Positions 18,418-26,764 of a DNA stretch of 64,000 bases are shown one piece after another. The DNA is from Mangrovimonas sp. YM274. GTDB taxonomy: Bacteria > Bacteroidota > Bacteroidia > Flavobacteriales > Flavobacteriaceae. The translations under genes were made by a program, and so were the position numbers. The stretch lies in the NCBI RefSeq assembly GCF_030908385.1, contig NZ_CP133091.1, positions 1,658,128 to 1,722,127 on the forward strand, read 5' to 3'. How positions within the stretch are numbered: position 1 is the first letter of the stretch; each line of letters begins with the position of its first letter. The notes below the pieces were generated by a model. That model was not told where the DNA came from and ran no database searches. It worked only from the letters and a program-made list of their open reading frames with translations.

Positions 18418-18798
18418 ATGGAAAAAGAAAATTTGAAAAAATACAGTAATGTAGAAGAATGTCCGGTTAGAAATGTATTGGATAAGATTGGTAATAAATG
18501 GTCATTATTGATTCTGCTGATCTTGGAAGAAGAAAAAGTATTACGATTTAATGAATTGCATAGTTATATAGTGAGCATCTCTCAAAAAATGTTAAGTGTG
18601 ACCTTGAAAAGTTTGGAAGCCGATGGGCTGGTAAAGCGCACTATTTACCCTCAAGTGCCCCCTAAAGTGGAATACGAGTTAACAGAAAGAGGCAGCTCTT
18701 TATTGCCACATATTCATAGTTTGGTAGCCTGGTCTAAAGACAATATTAGAGATATTAAGCAGTCCAGAAAAGACTATGAGGTAGTATCTCAAAAATAA
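18418..18798 (+). CDS. HxlR-family winged-helix transcriptional regulator
   Basis: 126 aa. It has the HxlR motif CPVRNVLDKIGNKWSLLIL. It is divergent from the NmrA gene, which is a classic pairing. Confidence 0.85.
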   Translation: MEKENLKKYSNVEECPVRNVLDKIGNKWSLLILLILEEEKVLRFNELHSYIVSISQKMLSVTLKSLEADGLVKRTIYPQVPPKVEYELTERGSSLLPHIHSLVAWSKDNIRDIKQSRKDYEVVSQK

Positions 18799-18953
18799 CA
18801 GCCCTTTTAAAATAGTTATTTTGTAATGTAGCCAATTGCTACAGGCTTTCTTTGGTAAAGAATGTAATTTAAATAGAGATTTACGACTCCTTATAAGAGC
18901 ACAAAGGAATTTTAAGTGCAGTAATCACTATAAACCCCCGAATAAGAAAACGA

Positions 18954-19973
18954 ATGAACACAAAACAAACCGCCTATTCTATTTTGGAATTAGCATTGAT
19001 ATCTAAAGGACAATCGGTGCAACAAACGTATAAAAATGCCGTGGCGCTGGCGCAAAAAGCGGAAGCCTTGAACTATACACGAATTTGGTTTGCCGAGCAC
19101 CATAACATGATGGCTGTGGGTAGTAATGCTCCAACGGTGTTAATAGGGCATGTGGCCCAGCAAACTTCAAAAATACGCGTGGGGTCTGGAGGGGTGATGT
19201 TGCCTAACCATTCTCCTTTAATTGTAGCCGAGCAATTTGGTACACTCGGGAATTTATATCCCAATCGTGTTGATTTAGGTTTGGGGCGAGCTCCAGGAAC
19301 CGATCGTGACACGGCTATGGCCATAAAATCAGATTTTTTGCAGGCCTCGCATTCCTTTCCTAAGGATATAGAACAGATTCAGGCTTTTTTTTCAAAACAT
19401 AATGAATTGGCAAAAGTTAGGGCTGTGGTTGCGGAAGGAGTAGACGTACCTATTTATATTTTGGGCTCTAGTACGGATAGTGCTCATTTGGCTTCCAGAA
19501 AAGGGTTGCCATATGCCTTTGCTAGTCATTTTGCGACAGCACATTTAGATGAGGCCTTAGCTATCTACAGGGCGCAATTTGTGTCTTCCGAAGTTTTGGA
19601 ACATCCATATGTCATTGCTGGAGTAAATGTAATTATTGCTGAAACAGATGAAGAAGCCAAGCGATTGCAGACCTCTTCCTTGCGCATGATTATTGGGATG
19701 TTTACAGGAAAACGCGATTATTTGAATGCGCCAACAGACATGACACCAGAATTAAAGGAAATTATGCAACATCCATCTATTCAAAACATGATTAAATATA
19801 GTTTTGTGGGAAGCAAGGCAACTGTAAAAAAACAGGTTGAGGCTTTTTTAAAGCAAACTCAAGCAGACGAACTTATAATATCTACAAATGTTTATGATAT
19901 CAATGATAGATTATATTCGTTGGAAAAGTTTGCAGAGGTGATGCAAGAGGTAGGTGTGGTAGAGGTTGAATAG
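18954..19973 (+). CDS. LLM-class flavin-dependent oxidoreductase (luciferase-like monooxygenase)
   Basis: 339 aa with a TIM-barrel LLM signature (WFAEHHN...). Confidence 0.85.
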   Translation: MNTKQTAYSILELALISKGQSVQQTYKNAVALAQKAEALNYTRIWFAEHHNMMAVGSNAPTVLIGHVAQQTSKIRVGSGGVMLPNHSPLIVAEQFGTLGNLYPNRVDLGLGRAPGTDRDTAMAIKSDFLQASHSFPKDIEQIQAFFSKHNELAKVRAVVAEGVDVPIYILGSSTDSAHLASRKGLPYAFASHFATAHLDEALAIYRAQFVSSEVLEHPYVIAGVNVIIAETDEEAKRLQTSSLRMIIGMFTGKRDYLNAPTDMTPELKEIMQHPSIQNMIKYSFVGSKATVKKQVEAFLKQTQADELIISTNVYDINDRLYSLEKFAEVMQEVGVVEVE

Positions 19974-19990
19974 AAGATAGATGAAAACCT

Positions 19991-20536
19991 GTGGCTGAAA
20001 TAAGGATATACAATTTACGTATTGTACCTCCAAATCCCATTTATGAGCGGGTTGTTGCTTTTAAAAAGCAATTTATAGATGCTTTTGGTCCGCTGCAATA
20101 TTCCAAATCCAAACCTCATGTTACCTTGGTACAGTTTGAAATGGACGTGGACTATGAGCCCTTATTGATAAAGTATTTTTCCGCTCTGTCTGATATGGAG
20201 ACGTTTAAAATGACTATTGAGGGGGTTGCTGCGTTTGAAAAAGGATCCAAGGTGTTACTTTTAAAGATAAGTCCCTCCAAAAATTTTGAGCAATTGCTAG
20301 CTCAAATCAAAGTGATATGGAGAAGGGATTTACATAGAGGGCTAACTGCATTAAAAGTATCCAATACACCACATATCACGATTTCAAAGACAAAAGATGT
20401 AACTACTCTCCATAAAAGCCTTGAACTATTTAAGGACATTGCTTATTTCAAGGAATTTGAAGTCAATGAACTTGTTTTATTGTCAAGGCCTCATGGAAAG
20501 ACTTGGGATTGGGAATGTCATATACCATTATCTTAA
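19991..20536 (+). CDS. 2H phosphoesterase superfamily protein (LigT / 2'-5' RNA ligase-like)
   Basis: 181 aa from a GTG start. It has two H-x-T/S-x motifs (HVTLVQF and HITISKT) in the canonical duplicated arrangement. Confidence 0.7.
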   Translation: MAEIRIYNLRIVPPNPIYERVVAFKKQFIDAFGPLQYSKSKPHVTLVQFEMDVDYEPLLIKYFSALSDMETFKMTIEGVAAFEKGSKVLLLKISPSKNFEQLLAQIKVIWRRDLHRGLTALKVSNTPHITISKTKDVTTLHKSLELFKDIAYFKEFEVNELVLLSRPHGKTWDWECHIPLS

Positions 20537-20576
20537 CACCTTTTTTAGGTGTTAATGATTGGTTGTGTGTGTCAGT

Positions 20577-21596
20577 TTACTGCTTTTTTAGGTCATGTTC
20601 CCAATATGCACCGCTTATGTCGGTCATTTTAATGGTGTATTTACCATTTGGTAGGTTGGCTAATATACTATCGCTCAAGTTTAAGGTTGCTTTCGCTCCC
20701 AAAGGAACAATTAGACTGTGGGCTCCCGGTTTTACTTTGGCTATATAGTAATTTGAAATTTGATAGTTCATTAGTAATGACAAATCTGTTTGAGATAATT
20801 GAAATACAGGTTTCTGCTGATCATCCAATAATTCTATACCAATAATCCAAGCGCCGTAAACATCGACCCCTTCAGTTCTAAAAACATCAAAAGACAGGGT
20901 TTGATTGTTCAGTTTTCCTTGGGTAATCTCAAGTTTTGGTTTTACTGATTTGTTATGGAGGGTGCCCCAAAGGCCTCCGTGAAATATCTGGTTGGTCATT
21001 AGGGTAATTCCCAAAACGCAAAGAGAGCCCATCAATACAAATCTTGAAAACACTTGCTCTCTAATAGGGAGGGGGCCTGAGCCTAACAAGGCGAACCATT
21101 TCTTTGTTATGAATGAAAATCGCTTCTTGAAAAAATAATGGTCTACAGAATATGTACCACTACCGGTAAGAAATAATACAAAGCCGGCAGCAATTCCTAA
21201 AACACCTATCTGCCATTCGTCTAAACAGGTTGTTCCTATCCAACCCGAACCAAGCAAAATTCCCATAGCAAGACCAAAAACCCCTATGCTCATTAATCGA
21301 GTAAATATGCCTAAAAGAATACCAAGTCCCACAATGCCCTCAATGATGGTAAATATTACCATGTTAATCCATAAAATATCTGGGTTTTCCACCAAATATT
21401 GAATTATGGGCTTTATTCCCAATGCATGGGGTAAAAAGTGGTTGAATTTCTCGCCAATGTAACCTGCTGCCTCAGGGTCAAGTTTGTCTGCAAGGATAGT
21501 GCGTCTCCAAAAGGCTGAAAAATAGGTCCAGCCAACCACAAGCCTTAACGCTAGTACTAAAAGGCCTGAATCGTTTTTTATAGTGATTTTATTCAT
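20577..21596 (-). CDS. DoxD/DoxX-family membrane protein with a C-terminal DoxA-like extracytoplasmic domain (TQO-like)
   Basis: 339 aa. The N-terminal 4-TM DoxX/DoxD pattern (LALRLVVGWTYFSAFWRR) is followed by a soluble C-terminal domain of about 150 aa. Confidence 0.65.
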   Translation of the reverse strand: MNKITIKNDSGLLVLALRLVVGWTYFSAFWRRTILADKLDPEAAGYIGEKFNHFLPHALGIKPIIQYLVENPDILWINMVIFTIIEGIVGLGILLGIFTRLMSIGVFGLAMGILLGSGWIGTTCLDEWQIGVLGIAAGFVLFLTGSGTYSVDHYFFKKRFSFITKKWFALLGSGPLPIREQVFSRFVLMGSLCVLGITLMTNQIFHGGLWGTLHNKSVKPKLEITQGKLNNQTLSFDVFRTEGVDVYGAWIIGIELLDDQQKPVFQLSQTDLSLLMNYQISNYYIAKVKPGAHSLIVPLGAKATLNLSDSILANLPNGKYTIKMTDISGAYWEHDLKKQ

Positions 21597-21605
21597 ATTA
21601 TGAGC

Positions 21606-22028
21606 TTAAATAGTTAGTGTTATGAATCCTTGTTTAAGGAGTTGAAATCCATACAGAATTCCGTTTTCTACTATTGTTATGTTTTTAGGAAGTTTGGTGA
21701 TGTCTACATTAAATTTTTTTAGGGAAATGCCACAGGCAAATACTTTTACGTTTTGAGATGAGGCCTCTTTTAAAAGTGCTTCAAATGCACTATTATTGGG
21801 AATGTCGCTTACCGTTTTTCCGCAGATTATCATATGAAAGTTGCCATAGGTTGGGCCGTCTTCCTGTTTTAGCTCATTGGCTGTTAATAAAACCGGTTTG
21901 AGCTGCTGCAGGTTTTTTGATAGGATTAAATAATTGTGTTGTTCTGAATTGTTGTCCTGAGCCTTCATTTTTGATGTGTTGAGGCTGAAAAGACAGATAC
22001 TAAATAAATATAGAATTGTATGTTTCAA
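21606..22028 (-). CDS. DsrE/DsrF-like (YchN-fold) sulfur-relay family protein, secreted
   Basis: 140 aa. A signal peptide is followed by FHMIICGKTV and a conserved Cys (ACGIS). Confidence 0.5.
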   Translation of the reverse strand: MKHTILYLFSICLFSLNTSKMKAQDNNSEQHNYLILSKNLQQLKPVLLTANELKQEDGPTYGNFHMIICGKTVSDIPNNSAFEALLKEASSQNVKVFACGISLKKFNVDITKLPKNITIVENGILYGFQLLKQGFITLTI

Positions 22029-22060
22029 TGTTTTTAAGTTTTGCGGATTTTGTTAAATAC

Positions 22061-22163
22061 CATTAAGAATGACGAGCTCATAGGCTGTGAAATACATGAG
22101 CCTAGGCAGCAGTAGCGCTAGACTGTAGCTGCTCGTATAACCTTTAAAAGGTCATTCTTAATG
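22061..22163. other. Perfect 13 bp inverted repeats (cattaagaatgac / gtcattcttaatg) flanking a 77 bp segment with internal hairpins. A structured RNA or MITE-like element is possible.
   Basis: The sequence is read directly. It lies in a 1 kb non-coding gap, 33 nt upstream of the DsrE-like start codon. Confidence 0.3.
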
Positions 22164-22214
22164 TTTGATAATCAGTTTTGATTCCTGATTTAATAAATAG
22201 GAAAATGGTGTGGA

Positions 22215-22595
22215 TTAAATATAATCCTTGAAGTTTCTGTATAAAATATAGAGAGGAACACCGTAGATGGAATGCGTCAAAGTGTAGCCTAATGTTAAAG
22301 GCTTGTTTTGAAGCGCAACTGAAGAGGTGAAACTAGAAGTGTTGCCATGTTCCAAATCTGGAGTGTACTTCTTCGAGACTTTCGTGCTGCTTGCAATTTT
22401 GAAATCTGTAGTGTAGGAGCTACAATGCGCATTGCTAAGCGTTGTTTTGCTTTTGTTGCTCACCTCGGTTTGAGGAAGTTTTAACTGCACCTGAACAAAG
22501 TTTCTGACCTTGCAAGGTGTTAGTAATAGCAAAAATGCCAATACCAACATTGGATATAGCGCACGGCCTGCTTTTGTATGTAATGGCTCACTCAC
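22215..22595 (-). CDS. Hypothetical ORF, possibly a small Ser/Thr-rich secreted lipoprotein; weakly supported
   Basis: It is the only ORF over 60 aa in the 22029-23041 gap. It has an n-region plus a hydrophobic stretch plus Cys (MLVLAFLLLLTPC). No recognisable domain was found. Confidence 0.15.
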   Translation of the reverse strand: MSEPLHTKAGRALYPMLVLAFLLLLTPCKVRNFVQVQLKLPQTEVSNKSKTTLSNAHCSSYTTDFKIASSTKVSKKYTPDLEHGNTSSFTSSVALQNKPLTLGYTLTHSIYGVPLYILYRNFKDYI

Positions 22596-23041
22596 ATTAC
22601 AAACATAGAAAATATTTATCTGGGAATTAGAGAGGAGTTTCTTAACAATTGTTAAAAGATAGTTTTAGTAGTATTTTCTTTAATGAAATTCACCCTTAAA
22701 ACGGTTGTATATTGATTGCTAAAGAAAGATTATGTCTTCATGGTTTCTAAAGTAACAACTTTCCATTGAATTTTATGATATAGATTATAACGTGCTTTTG
22801 TTGCCTTCAAAATAGCCGTGAAAATAAAGTGAATACTCATATGGTGTTGTTTTTAAGATGTTGTATTTTAGAGTGTTGTTTTGGGGTTTTTGGGGTTCGG
22901 ATGTTTGAATAGGAAGTTGGTTAAGGAGTGCGCTAAACTTTTGAATAGATCTTTTTGTAGAAATTTTCACAAATTTTTAATATATCAAATCACAATAATA
23001 ATAGTAATACTATTAGATTTGTGTTTTTAACAATTATTGAA

Positions 23042-23722
23042 ATGATTAATTTGCTGCAAAACTTTAAAATTGAAGTCCCCAAAGGCATCTATATTAAGGA
23101 TCCTGAGACGTCCGATTTGGGAAAACGCATCGTTAAGCATAGCATTGAACTGATTGATGAACTAGGTTTTGAGCAGTTCAATTTTAAAAAGCTTGGAACG
23201 ACTATCAATTCCAATGAAAGTTCTGTTTATCGGTATTTCGAGAGTAAGCACCATTTGTTGATGTATTTAACCTCTTGGTATTGGGTTTGGATTGAGTATC
23301 AATTGGTGTTGGAGACGTTTGCGTTAAAAGATCCAAAGGAAAGACTTGAAAAGGCTATTGAGGTATTAACAAGGACTACCGAGGAGGATAGTGATTTTGC
23401 ACATATCAATGAGGTGCTGCTTAATAAAATAATCATTAAAGAAAATGCTAAAGCCTACTTAACCTGTGATGTCGATAGCGAGAATGAGGAGGGGTTCTTT
23501 ATGCCCTTTAAGCGGGTGGTGAAACGCTTTGCAGAAGTGATTCAGGGCTATAACAACACTTACCAGTTTCCGTTGAGTCTGGCCAGTTCTACGGTTGAGG
23601 GAGCTTTGCATCAGCACTTTTTTACAGATCATTTTAAGACATTAACCAATAATACCGAGCCTACATCGGTAACCCAATTTTATACCAGCATAATCTTTAA
23701 AACACTAATGCATGAAGAATAA
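23042..23722 (+). CDS. TetR/AcrR-family transcriptional regulator
   Basis: The ATG at 23042 starts the protein; the track ORF from 23021 uses GTG. The N-terminal HTH is LGKRIVKHSIELIDELGFEQFNFKKLGTTINSNESSVYRYFESKHHLL. Confidence 0.8.
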   Translation: MINLLQNFKIEVPKGIYIKDPETSDLGKRIVKHSIELIDELGFEQFNFKKLGTTINSNESSVYRYFESKHHLLMYLTSWYWVWIEYQLVLETFALKDPKERLEKAIEVLTRTTEEDSDFAHINEVLLNKIIIKENAKAYLTCDVDSENEEGFFMPFKRVVKRFAEVIQGYNNTYQFPLSLASSTVEGALHQHFFTDHFKTLTNNTEPTSVTQFYTSIIFKTLMHEE

Positions 23723-25376
23723 TAACAGTTTGTCACCTTGGAAACGTTTTTTAGGTTTGGTTCAGTTAGAACGGGAAGACATTTTTAGAGTTGCTTACTT
23801 TGCGATTTTTGAAGGTATTTTGGCCTTGACATTACCTCTGGGGATTCAAGCCATCATCACGCTTTTACAAGGAGGTCAAGTGTCTACTTCATGGATTGTA
23901 TTGGTGGTTTTGGTAACTTCTGGTGTGGCCTTTACGGGTATTTTAAGGCTTTTTCAAATACGAATTATTGAGAGCATCCAACAGCGGATTTTTGCTAGGG
24001 CTTCTTTTGATTTGGCATATAGATTTCCAAAAATAAAGATGAACCAGATGCGCAATTACTATTTGCCTGAATTGGCAAACAGATTTTTTGATACGCTAAG
24101 CATTCAAAAGGGGTTGTCTAAAATTTTAATTGATATCCCATCTGCATTCTTACAGGTTATTTTTGCCCTTATTTTATTGTCATTTTACCATCCATTTTTT
24201 ATTGTATTCGGTTTACTGTTGATGGGGCTCATTTTTGTAGTGTTTAAATACACGGCCAAAAAAGGTTTGGATACCAGTTTGAAAGAGTCTAAATACAAAT
24301 ACAAAATGGCGCATTGGCTCGAGGAAATTGCCCGTACCGTAATTAGTTTTAAGTTGTCAGGCAAAACCAGATTGGCCCTTAATAAAACGGATGATTTGGT
24401 CTATGACTATGTAAAGTCAAGAGAGAACCACTTTAAAATTTTAATGCTTCAGTTTAAGCAAATGATTGGTTTTAAAGTTGTGGTTACCGCAGGATTGTTA
24501 TTGGTAGGTGGATATTTAGTGCTTAACCAACAAATGAATATCGGGCAGTTTGTAGCCGCAGAAATTATTATCATTTTAATTATTGCTTCTGTCGAAAAAC
24601 TCATTTTGGGCTTGGAGTCCTTTTATGATGTATTGACAGCTATCGAAAAATTGGGACAGGTGGTTGATAAGCCTGTTGAAAATCAATATGGAGAGGAAAT
24701 TGGAGCGGCCAGACCATTTACTATCGAACTTAAGAACGCCGGCTACCGGGTAACCAATCGCACAAAACCAATTTTAGAACACATTTCCTTTAAGATTGAA
24801 CCAACGGACCGTGTGTTAATTCAAGGGGAAAGTGGGTCTGGAAAGTCAAGTTTGTTACAGCTCATTTCTGGGGTATTGGCCCCAACAGATGGCTACATCT
24901 ATATTGATAATTTGTCTATAGAAAGCCTGCATATTAATAAATACCGATCGCATTTAGGAATGGTGCTTTCTGAGGAATCTCCTTTTGAGGGAACCATTAG
25001 GGAAAATGTAACTTTTGGGGACACTGATATAACCGATGAATCCATTTTCGGGGTGTTTGAAAAATTAGGGTTGACTTCCTTTTTAAAACGACAACCTAAG
25101 GGATTGAATACGCTATTGAAACCTGAAGGGAAGCAGATTCCGTACTTTATTTCGGCTAAGTTGTTATTGGCTAGGGCTATATTAAAAGATCCTAAGGTTC
25201 TAATATTAGAAGAACCTTTAAAGCAATTTAATATTGAAGAATCAGAAAAAATCTTTGAATATTTATGTGATGCCTCCAACCCTTGGAGTGTAATTGTAGT
25301 GAGTAACCTAAATGTCTGGAAGCGTATGTGTAACAAACACATTATTCTTGAGGACGGTCATGTAATTAACCTGTAA
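23712..25376 (+). CDS. ABC exporter with fused TMD and NBD (type-I-secretion/bacteriocin-exporter type, no peptidase domain) and degenerate ATPase motifs
   Basis: 554 aa. A 6-TM exporter domain is followed by an NBD with an intact Walker A (GESGSGKSS). The Q-loop has E in place of Q (LSEESPF). The signature is ISAKLLLARAIL instead of LSGGQ. Walker B is LILEEP, so D is replaced by E. The H-loop is VVSNLN, so H is replaced by N. Confidence 0.85.
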   Translation: MKNNNSLSPWKRFLGLVQLEREDIFRVAYFAIFEGILALTLPLGIQAIITLLQGGQVSTSWIVLVVLVTSGVAFTGILRLFQIRIIESIQQRIFARASFDLAYRFPKIKMNQMRNYYLPELANRFFDTLSIQKGLSKILIDIPSAFLQVIFALILLSFYHPFFIVFGLLLMGLIFVVFKYTAKKGLDTSLKESKYKYKMAHWLEEIARTVISFKLSGKTRLALNKTDDLVYDYVKSRENHFKILMLQFKQMIGFKVVVTAGLLLVGGYLVLNQQMNIGQFVAAEIIIILIIASVEKLILGLESFYDVLTAIEKLGQVVDKPVENQYGEEIGAARPFTIELKNAGYRVTNRTKPILEHISFKIEPTDRVLIQGESGSGKSSLLQLISGVLAPTDGYIYIDNLSIESLHINKYRSHLGMVLSEESPFEGTIRENVTFGDTDITDESIFGVFEKLGLTSFLKRQPKGLNTLLKPEGKQIPYFISAKLLLARAILKDPKVLILEEPLKQFNIEESEKIFEYLCDASNPWSVIVVSNLNVWKRMCNKHIILEDGHVINL

Positions 25377-25381
25377 GCGCT

Positions 25382-26755
25382 ATGTTGAACATTTCAAATA
25401 ATAAAGTCTCAGAATTTTTGGATCTGGAACAATTCAAGTCCGGTCAAGCTACCTTGCATAAAAGCCATCATAGACTGTTTAGAAGGGTGTTATTGGTGAG
25501 TACTATTTTGTTGATTATTATTTTGTTTCTACCATGGACACAAAATATTACCAGCAAAGGTTTGGTAACAACCTTAAAGCCCAACCAGCGGCCGCAGACC
25601 CTTCAATCGCCTATACCAGGTCGAATTGATGCTTGGTTGGTTCAGGAAGGTGATTTTGTAAAGAAAGGGGATACCATTCTTAAAATATCCGAAATCAAAA
25701 GTGACTATTTTGATGAGCAATTAACGGATCGTACAGGCGATCAAATAAGGGCTAAGTCAGCTTCTGTTCAAGCTTATAGGTCCAAAGTAGGAGCTTTGAA
25801 AAATCAATACACAGCACTACAACAAGAGCAAGTGTTGAAATTGGAACAGGCCAAGAACAAGTTGCTTCAATCCAAATTAAAGGTGGAATCAGACAGTATT
25901 GATCTGGAAGCTATAAAAATAAAAGCCAATATTGCCCAAACTCAATTTGAAAGAACTGTAACCCTTCAGGAGAAAGGTCTTAAAGCGGTGAAGGATGTGG
26001 AGGAATACCGAAACAAACTGCAGGAGGCTAATGCCAAGTTGATTTCTCAGGAAAACAAATGGTTGGCTTCCAAAAATGAAGTAATCAATTCCGAATTGAA
26101 TATTTCTACAATAAGAGCTACTTATGGGGATAAATTGGCCAAGGCACAGAGTGATTTGTTTTCGGCCGAATCAAATGCACTTGATACCGAAGCGCAAGTA
26201 TCCAAGTTGGAAAATAGTTTAGCCAATTACGAAAAACGTAATAGTTTGCAGTACATCACGGCGCCACAGGATGGTTATATCAATAAGGCTATAATATCTG
26301 GAATAGGGGAAACCTTTAAGGAAGGTGAGCCTTTGGTAGGGATTATGCCAGCTAATTATGAACTCGCTGTAGAAATGTATGTAAAGCCCATAGATTTGCC
26401 ACTGTTGCACAAAGGAGAACATGTACAGGTAGAATTTGAAGGTTGGCCTGCTATTGTGTTTAGTGGATGGCCTAATGTTTCCTATGGTACGTACGGGGCG
26501 CATATAGTAGCTATTGAAAATTTTGCTAGTCCAAATGGTATGTATCGGGTATTGATTACTCGAGATCCAGATTATGGGCCTTGGCCGGAAGCCCTTCGGG
26601 TAGGTTCAGGAGCTAAAACAATAGCGCTTTTGGAAGATGTGCCAATTTGGTTTGAATTGTGGAGACAGATCAACAGTTTTCCGCCAAATTTTTATGCACC
26701 ATTGGGTCCCGAAGCAGCACAAAAGAGCGATTTAAAAAATAACTCCAACAATTAA
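25382..26755 (+). CDS. HlyD-family secretion protein (type I secretion membrane fusion protein)
   Basis: 457 aa. It has an N-terminal TM anchor, a long coiled coil and a C-terminal beta domain. It starts 6 nt after the ABC stop. Confidence 0.85.
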   Translation: MLNISNNKVSEFLDLEQFKSGQATLHKSHHRLFRRVLLVSTILLIIILFLPWTQNITSKGLVTTLKPNQRPQTLQSPIPGRIDAWLVQEGDFVKKGDTILKISEIKSDYFDEQLTDRTGDQIRAKSASVQAYRSKVGALKNQYTALQQEQVLKLEQAKNKLLQSKLKVESDSIDLEAIKIKANIAQTQFERTVTLQEKGLKAVKDVEEYRNKLQEANAKLISQENKWLASKNEVINSELNISTIRATYGDKLAKAQSDLFSAESNALDTEAQVSKLENSLANYEKRNSLQYITAPQDGYINKAIISGIGETFKEGEPLVGIMPANYELAVEMYVKPIDLPLLHKGEHVQVEFEGWPAIVFSGWPNVSYGTYGAHIVAIENFASPNGMYRVLITRDPDYGPWPEALRVGSGAKTIALLEDVPIWFELWRQINSFPPNFYAPLGPEAAQKSDLKNNSNN

Positions 26756-26764
26756 GAATTCATA

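Noticed and set aside
20537-20565. The hairpin aacacct-ttttt-aggtgtt between convergent genes, considered as a terminator.
   Set aside because: The stem is short at 7 bp and there is no flanking U-tract on either strand. It was not called.
22215-22595. A 126 aa ORF in the 1 kb non-coding gap, considered as a confident protein gene.
   Set aside because: The only support is a signal-peptide-like hydrophobic stretch. It has a low-complexity Ser/Thr-rich composition and no homology cues. It is kept as a very-low-confidence feature.
22785-22970. A 61 aa minus-strand ORF upstream of the TetR gene, considered as a possible exporter cargo peptide.
   Set aside because: It has no leader-peptide features such as a GG motif and no conserved motif. 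It lies on the opposite strand to the exporter operon.
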